DNA of 64,000 bases, from the NCBI GenBank assembly GCA_951406725.2, contig OX597819.1, positions 130,696,001 to 130,760,000 of the forward strand, given 5' to 3'. This document shows, one piece after another, positions 26,650-39,280 of the stretch. Below the pieces are notes generated by a model, which saw nothing but the letters and a program-made list of their open reading frames with translations, was not told the origin of the DNA and did no database searches. Position 1 is the stretch's first letter; each line of letters opens with the position of its first letter. Both the position numbers and the translations under genes were made by a program. Source of the DNA: Octopus vulgaris (taxonomy: Eukaryota).

Positions 26650-27281
26650 TACAGCGTGTTATGAATATATATATATTTATATATGTGTGTATGTATGCAT
26701 ATATACCTATATATGTATATACAAATGTATGTATGTATGCATGTACGTACGTATGTATGTATCTATTTGTGTATGTATTTATGTATGTATGTATGTATGT
26801 ATGTATGTATGTATGAGTGTGTGTGTGTATGTATGTATGTATGTATGTACACAAGTGTACAGACACGCACATTTCTGTCAGTTCCTACTCGATCAAGCGG
26901 CACTCTGATTGGTTCTGTCATTCTTCATAAGGCACATATTTATGGTTTTCGAGGCAGTCGTAAGTCGTAGGATGCGAGACAATTGTCTAATCTACCTGAA
27001 AGCTTGAAACCAGTGAAATGTTACGGATTTAATGTTGTTGAAGTTTTAACCGTCGTCGCTGCTCTCCGACATTGGCTAAGATTCGTTAATAAACTATATA
27101 CACCGAGTTGCGAGAGACGCGTTCTCTTCGTTTGCCGTTTCCTTTGGACAATTTAATGGTATTCAGAAAATTACTTTATATATATATGTATTTATATGCA
27201 TGTATGTATGTATGCATGTATGTATGTATATATATATATTGTTGTATTTCGGGATGGTCATTTTGCCAGTTTAGCCAATAA

Positions 27282-27372
<91 letters not shown>

Positions 27373-27585
27373 CACGTCTTTATTATTGCTACTGAATTCG
27401 ATAGGATTATTTTCTTCTTTGATCATCTGATAATTTTATATTATATGATCGATCTGATATATAATTATCAGATGGATGTAAATGCTTGGTTAGAGAGTCC
27501 AACTATAAATCTCCGTGCTTTCCCACTTAATCCCTTCTCTTGGTAATACTCTATAGTACCAAGTGTGTTTCTCTTCCGTATCTAC

Positions 27586-27681
<96 letters not shown>

Positions 27682-27685
27682 GTAA

Positions 27686-27950
27686 GTTTCTTTATTGGCC
27701 ACACAGGGCTGCACACAGATGGGACAAGTTACAAGGGAGAGCTTTTCTTTTGGGGGATGAAAAAAACAAAAAACAAAAAAACAAAAGAAACAAAAAAAAG
27801 GTGGCGTAGGTTTTTCGATCAAAAGGGATCGTAAAAGGGGAAAAAAAAAGAACAAAAAATAAGATGAAAAAAAAGAAAAAAAGGAAAAGGAACAAACGAA
27901 AAGAGAAATGAAAAAAAGATAGATTGGACTCTCCCGTCAGTTTTTGCCGA
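27686..27950 (-). mobile_element. 3' UTR fragment of an unidentified retroelement whose terminus resembles the SINE C tail
   Basis: Minus strand ends TGTCCCATCTGTGTGCAGCCCTGTGTGGCCAATAAAGAAA then (CTAT)n; homolog at 35883-36140. Confidence 0.6.
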
Positions 27951-28263
27951 CCGACCTGCACAAAAGATCCGCTTATTGTGATCAAACGTTTGGACTGTGT
28001 AGATGTGTTTTTGTGAGTTGCTAGTTCTTACTGCGTTTGTATCTATTTTGCTGAGACTGCTTTGTTGACTGTTACGTTTTTGCTTGTATTCGAACACAAT
28101 AACTACCTAGCAGGGAATTTCTTCTTGTGAAATTCCTCCTTTTGAAGGGGTGAAATTAATTATTTTGTTATTTTGGCAGACAATATAAACGCGCACACAC
28201 ACCTATATGTGTGTGCGTGTATGTATGTATGTATGTATGTATGTATGTATGTATGTATGTATG

Positions 28264-28316
<53 letters not shown>

Positions 28317-28321
<5 letters not shown>

Positions 28322-28412
28322 TAATCCAAACAAGAAAACACAAAAAAACACAGCAACGCGAGGACGTGGAACAAATAAAGTATTATTGGACGCTCAGGAA
28401 AGAAGGGAAGAA
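28317..28412 (-). mobile_element. Short copy of the (TA)n-embedded element seen at 59356-59725
   Basis: AAAGTTAATCCAAACAAGAAA...GAGGACGTGGAACAAAT...GGACGCTCAGGAAAGAAGG shared with 59356-59447; a third stub lies inverted at ~21272-21296. Confidence 0.8.
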
Positions 28413-28415
28413 GGA

Positions 28416-28475
<60 letters not shown>

Positions 28476-28572
28476 TATATATATATACATATATGCTATA
28501 TATATATATATATAGATATATATATAGATAGATATATATACATATATGCATATATATATACATATATATATG

Positions 28573-28630
<58 letters not shown>

Positions 28631-28639
28631 TCTGTGAAT

Positions 28640-29190
28640 GTTTCAAATATGGAGGCTCACGCCATGGAAGGCTGTTGAACGAATTGTATGAAGAAGTGTT
28701 CCCCTCCCTTCCCGACAGTGTGCTGGAGGAAGAAAACAACTCTAAGAAACAATAAACATGGCTACAAGGACCGACCAATAAAAAATGAAAAAAAGTGAAC
28801 TTTGCATCAATAACTATTGTCAAGGAAGATCTTTTAGACGTCAGCATAACAGAACTAGAGAAATTTAAAACTGTGTTGAAAAAGAACGGAATTAGCTTAA
28901 AACTGACCCCAGCCGTTCTTCTAGGCCTGGAGGATAAAATAACCCTCCAGCAGGTCGCCAAACTACACCAGCGAAACTGGTGGGGCCAAGGCCTGGATAT
29001 CTTAGTCCAGGCCACTCAACAGGACCTCAATGAACTGCCGGATTTCATACAAGTATCAGACGACATCCAGGCCACTCAACTGTCGGATTTCAAACAAGTA
29101 TCAGACGACATCCACACTGCGCGTTATGGTGGAGGGTCGCAGGCCACACTACAAGTGTGGCCAAAAAGGCTACATTAAAGCCGAGTTGGT
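28640..29190 (+). pseudogene. Second decayed gag/ORF1-like relic with degenerate zinc knuckle
   Basis: LRVMVEGRRPHYKCGQKGYIKA resembles the ILEGRP-(T)KCYLCLEPGHIKKNC motif at 4640; internal ~45-bp duplication at 29030-29113. Confidence 0.55.
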
Positions 29191-29227
29191 ACGTATTCTG
29201 TTGCTTCAATAATAATAGGTTGTATTA

Positions 29228-29825
29228 CAAGATGGTCAACCCATGTGTAGATATTTCTTTTACTTAAATTCAATTAACATTTCTTTTCTTATTTCAGAAA
29301 TTTAATACTCTTAACATTTAAGGTAGTATTGAAGCTAATTTATACGTGAAGATAGTATGAGTGAAATAAGTAAAGCAATTGAAAAGCTATTCAAGAAAGG
29401 GAAAACTCCTAGTGAGATTTTCAAGATTTTGAAACCCACTGTCAGCAGATCAGGAATCTATAAAGTAACCAAACGGATAAAAGAGACCGGTTCTTGGCTA
29501 CCAAGAGTGAGAACTACTACCCCTCGACCACTGAGAACTCAAAAACTCATCAAAAACACCAAAGAAAAGATCGGGCGCCAACCATAAACTAGCTTCAGAA
29601 GCTGGTACAAGCTATGGAACTATGCATAATTTGTTGAAGAATGATCTTCAGTTATTCCCATTCAAGATACCAAAAGAAAGTCTTTTGTCTGAAGCCACAA
29701 GGAAAAAGACTACAAAGAGCAAAGCTTCTTCTGCAAAAGCTAAGAAATGGCACGCAGCCACCAATACTGTACACATGATGAAAGGTTATTCAGTGTGCAA
29801 GCGTGCCACAATCCACAAAATGATC

Positions 29826-29863
<38 letters not shown>

Positions 29864-30496
29864 TATAAATCAAGAGGACATTCCTGTTGAACAAAGATTA
29901 TCCTTTCGGCGTCACAAACCTGTACTCATAATGGTGTGGGCAGGTGTGACCTCAAATGGCTTAAAAACTCCTCTAATCCTCATTGAAGCTAATGTGAAAA
30001 TCAACCAATATGTTTATTTGGACGTGTTAAAAGATAGAGTAGTCCTTTGGGTTATTGCAACAATGGGGGACAAAGGTGTAACTCTCCAACAAGATGGCGC
30101 AACATCTCATACGGCTAAAACGTCCCAGAATGGTGTCAAGAGAATTTCAAGGCGTTCTGGTCGAAAAAGTTCACCCCCCCCCCTTCCCTTTTCACCCGAC
30201 CTGAATCCGATGGACTTTGGCATATGGCCTATCCTTTGTGTTAATTCTCACACAAGTCTCAGAGCTCTTGAACACCATATGCGAAAATACTGGGACGAAA
30301 TATCCGAAGAAACTGTTCGCACCACTTGCTCCCAAGCTGTTCCTAGACTCCGCCAAAGGTGGATGTATTGAAAATTGAATATGTCATCTGAATCTACATT
30401 TTTTGGGCTTTATTTGGGCATATTTAAATTTGATATATCATTTTGTATCGAGATGTTATTTGAATAAATATGTCTCCACTTCATCTGATCACCCTG
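29228..30496 (+). mobile_element. Decayed Tc1/mariner-superfamily transposon, probably DD37D (maT-like)
   Basis: HTH N-terminus in ORF 29357-29587. THDE, IMVWAGVT, QQDGATSHT and SPDLNPMDFGIW motifs (third catalytic residue D). Weak TIRs TA|CAAGATGGTCA... and ...TGATCACCCTG|TA. (AT)n inserted at ~29827-29861. Confidence 0.85.
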
Positions 30497-30830
30497 TATA
30501 TATGCATGCATGTATGTATGAGGAGGAAGAGAGGGAAGAGGAGAAGAACGAGAAAATGACTGAGTACTCACTCATGAGAGGAATTATATAAATGAGAAAT
30601 TTATTCTATTTAATTCTATTTAATTGTATTTAAAGGTAATAAATATTTTTCTTTTGAAAATTTATATTCGTTTCATAATTTTGTATAAGCAACGAGAAAT
30701 GCATGTATTTCTTATTGCGATAGCGACCATAGTATACTCACAAAATTATCCGTCATATGAGTGCCACTTAAGTACATACATACATACATATATATATATA
30801 TCGAAAGACACCTGCTGTGATGTCCTGTTA

Positions 30831-30889
<59 letters not shown>

Positions 30890-31137
30890 GTATTTTTATC
30901 GTGTAACATCGTCTGTTTTTCCGTCCTTGTTTCGTATACATTCGAAGCTTTTTTTCCAAGGAATCTAATGCTCTTAGCTTAGTTTTTCCTTTGGGTTGGC
31001 CAGATTGGAGCAATCTCAAGATTAATCAGCCGAAATTGCGAGGAGGATCCGGTTCTTGACTGAAGATTGAAGGCTTCGAATGACCCGTCCGTGTTTTTTG
31101 TATCGTCTTCTGAATGTTTTGTGTTCTTGTCCCATTT

Positions 31138-31140
<3 letters not shown>
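30890..31140 (+). mobile_element. Copy of the 9226-9560 repeat
   Basis: Reverse-complement similarity over ~250 bp. Confidence 0.7.
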
Positions 31141-31173
<33 letters not shown>

Positions 31174-31257
31174 GGTCCCGGGTTGATTCGGGGTTAACCA
31201 CAGTAAATAAGGTACTCAATACATAGCAGATTAAAATTAATTTATTATATAGAAGGA

Positions 31258-31306
31258 GCTTCTACAGGACTAGAACTGTTTCATTCAAGAGAAATCTTCA
31301 GGAAGC
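31258..31306 (-). ncRNA. Type-I hammerhead ribozyme
   Basis: GCTTC-CTGAAGA-T-TTC/tctt/GAA-T-GAA-ACAG/ttctagtc/CTGT-A-GAAGC: complete core, stems I-III, GUA cleavage triplet. Confidence 0.8.
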
Positions 31307-31359
31307 ATTCCTGAAGATTTCTCTTGAATGAAACTTCCTGAAGATTTCTCTTGAATGAA

Positions 31360-31408
31360 GCTTCCTGAAGATTTCTCTTGAATGAAACAGTTCTAGTCCT
31401 GTAGAAGC
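31360..31408 (+). ncRNA. Type-I hammerhead ribozyme (inverted copy)
   Basis: Same sequence as 31258-31306, read on the plus strand. Confidence 0.8.
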
Positions 31409-31532
31409 TCCTTCTATATAATAAATTAATATATATATATATATATATATAATAATAAATATTAGGGAATAAATCCAAATTTACAGGGAAAAAATCAGAT
31501 TTAGGATTAAATCCAATTTTATAGTAAATATT

Positions 31533-31663
31533 ATATAATATTATTAGAGACAAAACCACTATTTTGCAAAACAAACAAGGAAAGACTTAATCAATACATA
31601 AAATTTTATGTATTGAAAAAGTCTTTCCTTGTTTGTTTTGCAAAATAGTGGTTTTGTCTCTAA

Positions 31664-31674
<11 letters not shown>
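31533..31674. repeat. ~140-bp near-perfect palindrome ending a (TA)n-embedded element
   Basis: TATTAGAGACAAAACCACTATTTTGCAAAACAAACAAGGAAAGACTT..TCAATACATAAAA|TTTTATGTATTGA..AAGTCTTTCC...GTCTCTAATA. Adjacent 31451-31530 has an inverted homolog at ~59095-59175. Confidence 0.9.
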
Positions 31675-31725
<51 letters not shown>

Positions 31726-32311
31726 TATGTAATTGTAGATTCAAGGATCTAGGTGCAGGAAGTTCAGTAAGTGTCGTGCAGTCTGTAGTGGGTATAAAGA
31801 CAACTTTCAGGAACTATAATAGTCTATTGGCGTAGAATTTGTAGGGTTTTTTTTCCCATATCGATGTTCGAGAAGCTGAAAAAGTTTCATGGGGTTAGCA
31901 ACTAGTGTTGCTATGAATGCGAATAAAAACTGAAATTGAGGGAACGGAGCAAATAAAATGCCGGCTACTTACGTTTCCTGGCTATATAAACCTGAGGCAG
32001 ACAAGGGAGTATCACTTAGTGGTTTGTACTGCGATTTCACTAACTGTTTAGGTGGCAGTGTAACCGCAAACAGACATAAACCACTTTGATCCAGGGGAAT
32101 ATGGGAATTGCAAGCGCTGGGGTATTGAGGGTTGTTTTAACTCATGGCTGGCCCTTAATTTCTGCCGAGTAAACTGGATCAGACGAAATAAAATGATGTA
32201 ATCAAGGGCTCAACGCTAGACCCGGTTAAGAATCGAACCCACAGCTTTCATAATTGTGAGTCGAGCATCTTAACCATTAGGCCACGTGTCTTTAAACACA
32301 TAATTAGTTAA

Positions 32312-32581
<270 letters not shown>

Positions 32582-33634
32582 TGGTAGATAAAACATAGGC
32601 ACGCCAATATAAATATCTGTAAATGTGCATAGGTATAAAATATATGCGTGTGTGTGTATGAACATGCATACATGCACACATACACATATACATATATACA
32701 TTATGTATATATTTATGCGTGTGTAAGCATACATATATGCATACAAGTAAAATTTACACGTATGTATATATGTACAAACATGCAATTACATGTATATACG
32801 ATTTATACATGTATGAATATGCATGTATTTATGTATTCACACATATACATTATATATATGTGTGTATATGCATGCATATATATACATATATACAAACATG
32901 CAAGTACTTGTATATATTCATATATACGCATGTTTATATGCATATGCATACCTGTTTTTGTATGCGTATAGACATATGTATATGAGTATGTATATGGATG
33001 TGCGCATGCAGTAATACATATATATTTGTGTGTGTGAGTGTATGTGTGTATGCGCGTAGTTGTGTGTATGTGTGTGTGTGTGTGCAGGTGTGCGTATGAG
33101 TGTGTGTGTGTGAGTGTGTATGTGTGTGTGTGTGTGAGTGTGTATGTGTGTGTGTGTAAGAAGAGTTTGTGTGTGCTTGTTACCATACCTCCTGATATTT
33201 ATGTGTCGGTGATTATGCGGTGTATGTACAGGTGTGTAAGTGCACGCACTCGCGTGTAGAAATAGCTATTTTTACTGTGACAAATATAGCATATAAGCTT
33301 CAGAAATATCACTAATTATTCCACAAACATTTCAAGATTTTAATGTAATAAACGTGAAATACTCGAGGACTTGTATTTTTTCCGTGAAAGACATTTTTAT
33401 TTCTTTGTAGCAGTTTGTTCAATATCGTACGTTTATGTATACGCCAATGTGTGAGTGCGTGCGTGTGTGTGTGTCTGTGTGTTTCTACCTATATATAATA
33501 AACATCTATAAACATATACATGAATGTTTATGCACTTAGCTATATACATGTATATGTATATGCAGAGAGATATATGAGTATGTACGCATGTATGTATGTA
33601 TCTATGTATGTATGTATTTATCTATCTATTTGTA

Positions 33635-33675
<41 letters not shown>

Positions 33676-33795
33676 CATTATTTAGTTTTATTTCAAGATT
33701 TCTTGCCAATAGAGAAAGAGCTGGTTTCTAACCTAGATCCAAGGCTCCTTCATTCCAATTTCAACATCAACAGAGTATTTTTGTATGTAGGTATA

Positions 33796-35074
33796 CGAGG
33801 GACGTTCAATAAGTAATGCCTCTGACCCACTTGCAGTTGTTTGATCTAGCTGAAATTTTGCATGTGCAATTATTTATAGATTAAGTGGCAAATTACAGCG
33901 CTGAGCTAATTGTGGTTTCTGATTTACAGGTGTTTGAACTGAGTCAAGTGTGAAATGGAGCCTGTTGAGTGTCGAGCAGTGATCCGGTTTTTGTATTTGA
34001 AAGGACGCACACCACGAGAGACTTTTGATGAAATGAAAGTAACTTATGAAGATGATGCCCCATCATATGACCTTGTAAAACGCTGGCATCGTGAATTCAA
34101 ACATGGTCGGAACTCTGTGGAAACAACTCCCAGATCTGGTCACCCCCTTCTGCCATTGATGAGGCATCTGTCCGTCAAGTTGAGGCTGCCATTTTGGAAG
34201 ATCGATGCATAACTATTCACCAAATAGCCCATAAGGTCAAGATTAGTACCGGGTATGTGGAAACTATCATTCATGACCATTTGCATATGCAAAAGGTGTC
34301 TGCCAGATGGATTCCCAGGCTGCTCACACCTTTCCAGAAGCAAGAACGCGTCGAGTGCTCGAGGATGAATTTGGAGATGTGCCAAGAAGATGAGTCAAAA
34401 TTTTTCAAAAGACTGATTACACAGGATGAAATCCGGGTCCATCACTATGATTCAGAGACCAAAGCCCAGTCAATGCAGTGGAAGCACCGTGACTCACCTC
34501 CTCCAAAGAAGGTAAGGGTGCAGCCCTCCGCTGGCAAGGTCATGCTCACCGTCTTCTGGGACCAGGACGGAGTAGTGATGACAGATTTCCTGGCAAAGGG
34601 TACCACAATTACAGGAGCCTATTATGCTTCACTTTTGAGGAAATTATGAGAAGCTATCAAAATCAAGAGGTGGGGCAAGATCAGCAAAGGCATCCTCCTC
34701 CTGCAGGACAACGCTCCGGTTCACAACTCGCGTGTCGCCAGATCAGAAGCACAGGCGTGCTGCTATGAACTCCTCCCCCATCCCCCTACGCTCCTGACCT
34801 TGCACCCTCTGATTTTCACCTCTTCCCAGCCATGAAGTTTTGAAAGGAAAGCATTTCACAGATGATGCAGCCTTGATTTCTGACGTCACGTCGTGGTTGG
34901 AGGACCAAGCTGGGGTCTTCTACAAAAACGGTCTCCAGAGCTGCATCAAACGATGGGAGAAATGCGTCACTCTGGGTGTTTCCTATGTAGAAAAAAACTA
35001 ATAAGTGTGCCAAGTTTCGTTGCTCTACTGCTATGGGAAGTGGGTCAGGGGCATTACTTATTGAACGCCCCTCG
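33796..35074 (+). mobile_element. Full-length mariner (DD34D, irritans/Himar1-like) transposon, pseudogenised
   Basis: TIRs TA|CGAGGGACGTTCAATAAGTAATGCCTCTGACCCACTT and inverse ...CCCTCG|TA. ORFs MEPVECRAVIRFLYLKG, SARWIPRLL, ITQDE, PSAGKVMLTVFWD; after a TGA stop, LLQDNAPVH and PDLAPSDFHLF. Confidence 0.95.
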
Positions 35075-35225
35075 TATATGTATACATGTATGCATGTATG
35101 TATGTATGTATGTATGTATGTATGTATGACACTGTTCAGTTTTATTTCAAGATTTCGTATGTACGTATGTATGCAAGTACGCACATAGTGTATATATGTG
35201 TGTGTGTATACACACACACACACAG

Positions 35226-35275
<50 letters not shown>

Positions 35276-35316
35276 AGATAGATAGATACATAGATATATA
35301 TACATACATATATACC

Positions 35317-35347
<31 letters not shown>

Positions 35348-35882
35348 TATTTATAAATATATTTATATGTTATGTATAAATATTTATATATATTACGTAT
35401 GTATATAGTTATATATGTTGTGTTGATTTGTGTGTGTTTGTGTAAGTATACTTTAATACATTCAAACGTACGCACACACGTAGATGCATACATGCATTTA
35501 TACGTACATATATTTATATATATTCGCATATGCATGTGTATGCATAGATACGGGTACATGCGTACACATTAATGCGTGCTTGTGTGTGTGTGTTTGTGCG
35601 TATGTTTGTCTATCTGTGTCAGTGCACCTGTGTATTTATAATGTAATGGAAGAAAATGCAAAATATGCATGGCTTTGCAGTGATAGTTCTTTTCTTTTAC
35701 TGATGAGATTGAATAAGCAATCGAAACACAATCGTTTCTGATGCGAAATGATATTGATTTTAATAGCTGAACTTCTAAGTGTATTTTTCATGTATATCAT
35801 TGTGTCCATTTTATAATAGTTCTAAGTTACAGGGCACTGTGATTAATGCAGAAAGCTGTAGCGAAAGTTATAAACATATATA

Positions 35883-36140
35883 AATTTCTTTATTGGCCAC
35901 ACTGGGCTAAACACAGAGGGGTCAATTACAATGTAGAGATTTTCTTTTCGAGGGGGGAAAAAACAAAGGGAAAATAGTGGGGGGCAACGATCAAAATGGA
36001 TCGAAATCGTTGGGGATATATGCAAAAAATGTCGAAATAGTACAAAAAGTTCCCAAGAAATGAGGAGGTTTATCTCTGGAAAGAAAAACCTACGAAAAGA
36101 CCACAGTAACCTCAGGCAATTACGTCACATATTAACATTT
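35883..36140 (-). mobile_element. 3' UTR fragment of the retroelement sharing the SINE C tail
   Basis: Minus strand ends TGACCCCTCTGTGTTTAGCCCAGTGTGGCCAATAAAGAAAT; homolog of 27686-27950. Confidence 0.6.
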
Positions 36141-36171
36141 ATTTACAAATAAGTAACTCTCAGATAGATGG

Positions 36172-36559
36172 ATGGAAGCACTCCGTCGGTTACGACGATG
36201 AGGGTTCCGGTTGATCCGAATCAACGGAACAGCCTGCTCGTGAAATTAACGTGTAAGTGGCTGAGCACTCCACAGACACGTGCACCCTTAACGTAGTTCT
36301 CGGAGATATTCAGCGTGACACAGAGAGTGACAAGGCCGGCCCCTTGAAATACAGGTACAACAGAATGAGGAAGTAAGAGTAAGAGAGAAAGTTGTGGTGA
36401 AAGAGTACAGCAGGGATCGCCACCACCCCTGCCGGAGCCTCGTGGAACTTTTAGGTGTTTTCGCTCAATAAACACTCACAACGCCCGGTCTGGGAATCGA
36501 AACCGCGATCCTATGACCGCGAGTCCGCTGCCCTAACCACTGGGCCATTGCGCCTCCAC
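36172..36559 (-). mobile_element. Full-length tRNA-derived SINE family B
   Basis: tRNA-like head with A box TGGCCCAGTGG and B box GGTTTCGATTCCC; 3' end ...GTAACCGACGGAGTGCTTCCA. Confidence 0.9.
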
Positions 36560-36960
36560 TCTCAGATAGATAGAGAGAGAGAGAGAGAGAGGGGGGGAGA
36601 TGTACATAATTCTCTTAGAAATCTAGAAACTGGACAGTTCAAATGATGCACAAGAAAAGTTATGAAGGAATATTACAGAAACCATAAATTAATGCTTAAA
36701 GCAGAACTAAATGTCAAAGAAGGCAATAAGCATCGATATTCTTGATAACTCAGTGAAACTATTTTAATGTTTTCGATTCGATTGGACGTGAAACGAACTA
36801 AAGAGAGTGAGAAAGAAAACAATGGCAGCATTTAGAAAATACAACTAATACTACCAATGTTGGTTTTCAGGTATGACAGACTTTGGTTTTATATTCACAG
36901 ATGAATATTCCAGTATTATGAAATGCTAAGAGAAAAGAGATTGTGATATAAACATATATT

Positions 36961-37287
36961 GGCACGGCACTCCGTTGGTTACGACGGCGAGGGTTCCCGT
37001 TGATCCGATCAACGGAACAGCCTGCTCGTGAAATTGACATGCAAGTGGCTGAGCACTTCATAGACATGCATTCCCTTAACGTAGTCCTCGGGGAGATTCA
37101 GTGTGACACTGAGTGTGACAAGACTACTCCTTTTTTTAAAACACACGCATTACTAATTTTTGCCAGCTGAGTGGACTGGAGTAACGTGAAATAGTGTTTT
37201 GCTCAAGGACACAACGCGCCGCTGGGAATTGATCTCATGACCCTACGATCGCGAGCCAAATCCTCAATCTACTAAGCCACGCACCTA
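36961..37287 (-). mobile_element. SINE, family B-related variant (same tail, different head/middle)
   Basis: Tail CACTCCGTTGGTTACGACG...GATCAACGGAACAGCCTGCTCGTGAAATT shared with 36179-36248. Confidence 0.8.
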
Positions 37288-37429
37288 CAGTCATATAAAC
37301 ATAGATATGAAAAGATCACCAAATATTAAAGACAACGCGGCTTAACTCTGGGATTTTGCCAATAAACAGAAACAAGATAATGTTATTCGCTTAAATATGT
37401 TTTGTCAAGGACCACCAGAAAAGAATTTG

Positions 37430-37962
37430 CCTCGTAATCGAAGCTTTGAGACTTTTCCTGGAGAGGCATTCATTCATTTCCAAAAAGTACAAAACTCTGT
37501 CTTTCAAAGTAAGATTCTTTGACTTCAACCCTCTTGTTGTAGCATACCAGCCACTTCGTGAAGGCCGCGTGGAAGCCTTCCAAAGTGAAGGGGCCCAGGA
37601 TCCTTGTCACAGCTTTCATCTTCTCCTCTATGTCTTCAAACTGACTGTCTCTCAAGTTCTGCTTCAGCGGGGTAACAACCAAAAATTACAGGAGCAAGGT
37701 CTGAATAGTACAGAGGGTGCGGGATAGTTTTGATGCCCATTTTAGTCAAGCAGTTCGTTACCAGGGTGGAATTATGACAATCGGTGTTTAGTATGGTGTG
37801 TTCAAACTGCTGTTGTAGCCGTCTCCTTCAATCTGGAATAACAAAGGTTGACAGATCAGCTTATTAAGATGCATAGACAATGATATACTAAAATTACACT
37901 AAGCTGGAATAATTGTAACTGTCTCTCCTTAAAAGTCTCAAAACTTCTGGAATGCACCTCCT
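37430..37962 (-). mobile_element. Internally deleted mariner-like relic
   Basis: ORF 37470-37682 resembles a mariner transposase C-terminus (LKQNLR..FEDIEE...FTKWLVCYNKRVEVKESYFE). Partial TIR GAAGYTTTGAGACTTTT..GGAGAG at both ends. Confidence 0.6.
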
Positions 37963-38164
37963 ATATGTCCCAACAGAGGATAACGATCTCTAAGAGAAAT
38001 GAAGAAAATATCCAAATGTAAATATCTCGAAATAGAGAACTGCGATGGTTGAGAAAAGAATCACGCCTACTATTTTAGGTGTTTGGAGAATCACCAATAC
38101 CTGTATACGGGCAAATACATAAACAAAAACTGCAGGTACTGGCTACTTCGCCATATTACTTCAC

Positions 38165-38430
38165 AACTGTTCATCATCATTGTTCGACTGTGGCCAAGAC
38201 AATGGAATTTACTGTTACGCCAGACTTCACGGTCCATCATAGCATTACGGAGGTCCTGTTGCTGGATGCCTGTACCCCTGCAGATTACATCAGGGTAGGA
38301 GAGTGTGCGCCCTCTGGTATCGCGAGCAGATGGCTTCCAGAGGAGAAGAGTAAAAATCACCTCGTTTTCAGCTCTACAGCAATGTCCAACAAACTGGACC
38401 CTTCTACCTTTCACAAGAGATGACACCAGT
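38165..38430 (-). mobile_element. RTE-clade LINE ORF2 C-terminal fragment
   Basis: RRVQFVGHCCRAENE...LLLWKP...RGRTLSYPDVI..TG.....LRNAMMDREVWR is the typical RTE C-terminal signature. Confidence 0.75.
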
Positions 38431-38904
38431 TGCTCCAAGTCCATCTCCTGTGACATATCCTTCAAGAGATTCCTCATCCCATTTATGTTGAACAAAGGAA
38501 GAGCTCATTCGATACATTCGTCATTGTAGAGATCCTCTTCGCCTCATATTCACTGTAGAATTGGGAAGCCACAGAACTGGTGCAGTGTCCGTTGTTTCCG
38601 GCATTCAGCCCGGTGCTCTACATTGGAAGTACTTTTTCGGTCTGTGCTATTGAAAGGATTTGGAATGTTCGAAGATTCTTGCCGACAGACTTGTACATCT
38701 CCTTCTCTGCAAGCGATATAAGACCCTGACCCACGATATTCTTCCTATGATTCTCTCAGTGCCCCGTTTATGGTTGCCCCAGGCATAATCTCCTGGTTCT
38801 TCCTATTTCAACAAATGCTCATGGGGTTTTGCAGCTATTCTCGTATCTTTATTGTTCGCGGTGGTATTATTTGCGGTTTTATCAGAATTCTTGTTGTTGT
38901 TGCT

Positions 38905-39280
38905 GTTTGTTTGTTTGTTTGTTTGTTGAGCGAAGCGGCCTCCGTCCCAGTGCTCGCAGTAGGAGAAGTCCGAAACGTGGTCCTTTGCTATTCGTAAGAC
39001 CCGCAGAAGAGAAAGCAGGTCAACCCCCGACACCGAGAGCATCGATGGATGGATGAATGCACATCCAGGCTCAGCGGTTGCGTAGGAAGTCGGGGACAAG
39101 AAACAGGAAGAAAGAATGAGAGAAAGTTGGGGCGAAAGAGAACGACAGGGGTCGCCACCACCTCCTGGCGGAGCCCCGTGGAGCTTTAGGTGTTTTCGCT
39201 CAATAAACACACACAACGCCCGGTCTGGGAATCGAAACCGCGAGTCCGCTGCCCTAACCACTGGGCCATTGCGTCTCCAC
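38905..39280 (-). mobile_element. SINE with family B head and a different 3' half ending in (CAAA)n
   Basis: 39105-39280 matches the B head; 38925-39100 is unrelated to the B tail. Confidence 0.8.

Larger units (their letters stand above)
31170..31430. mobile_element. Hammerhead-bearing fold-back element (Penelope-like/retrozyme-like) inside (TA)n
   Basis: 31170-31306 is nearly identical to 51692-51828. 31236-31306 is inverted at 31360-31430, and a 26-nt unit is repeated three times in tandem from ~31308. Confidence 0.8.

Noticed and set aside
31040-31095. CTGAAGA...CGAA hammerhead-like string in the 9226/30890 repeat
   Set aside because: No GAAA core and no convincing stem I or III.
36485-36559. 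tRNA-like sequences with A and B boxes (also near 22080-22149, 39215-39280, 32225-32290 and 54048-54110)
   Set aside because: They are SINE heads or head remnants; no complete cloverleaf could be built.
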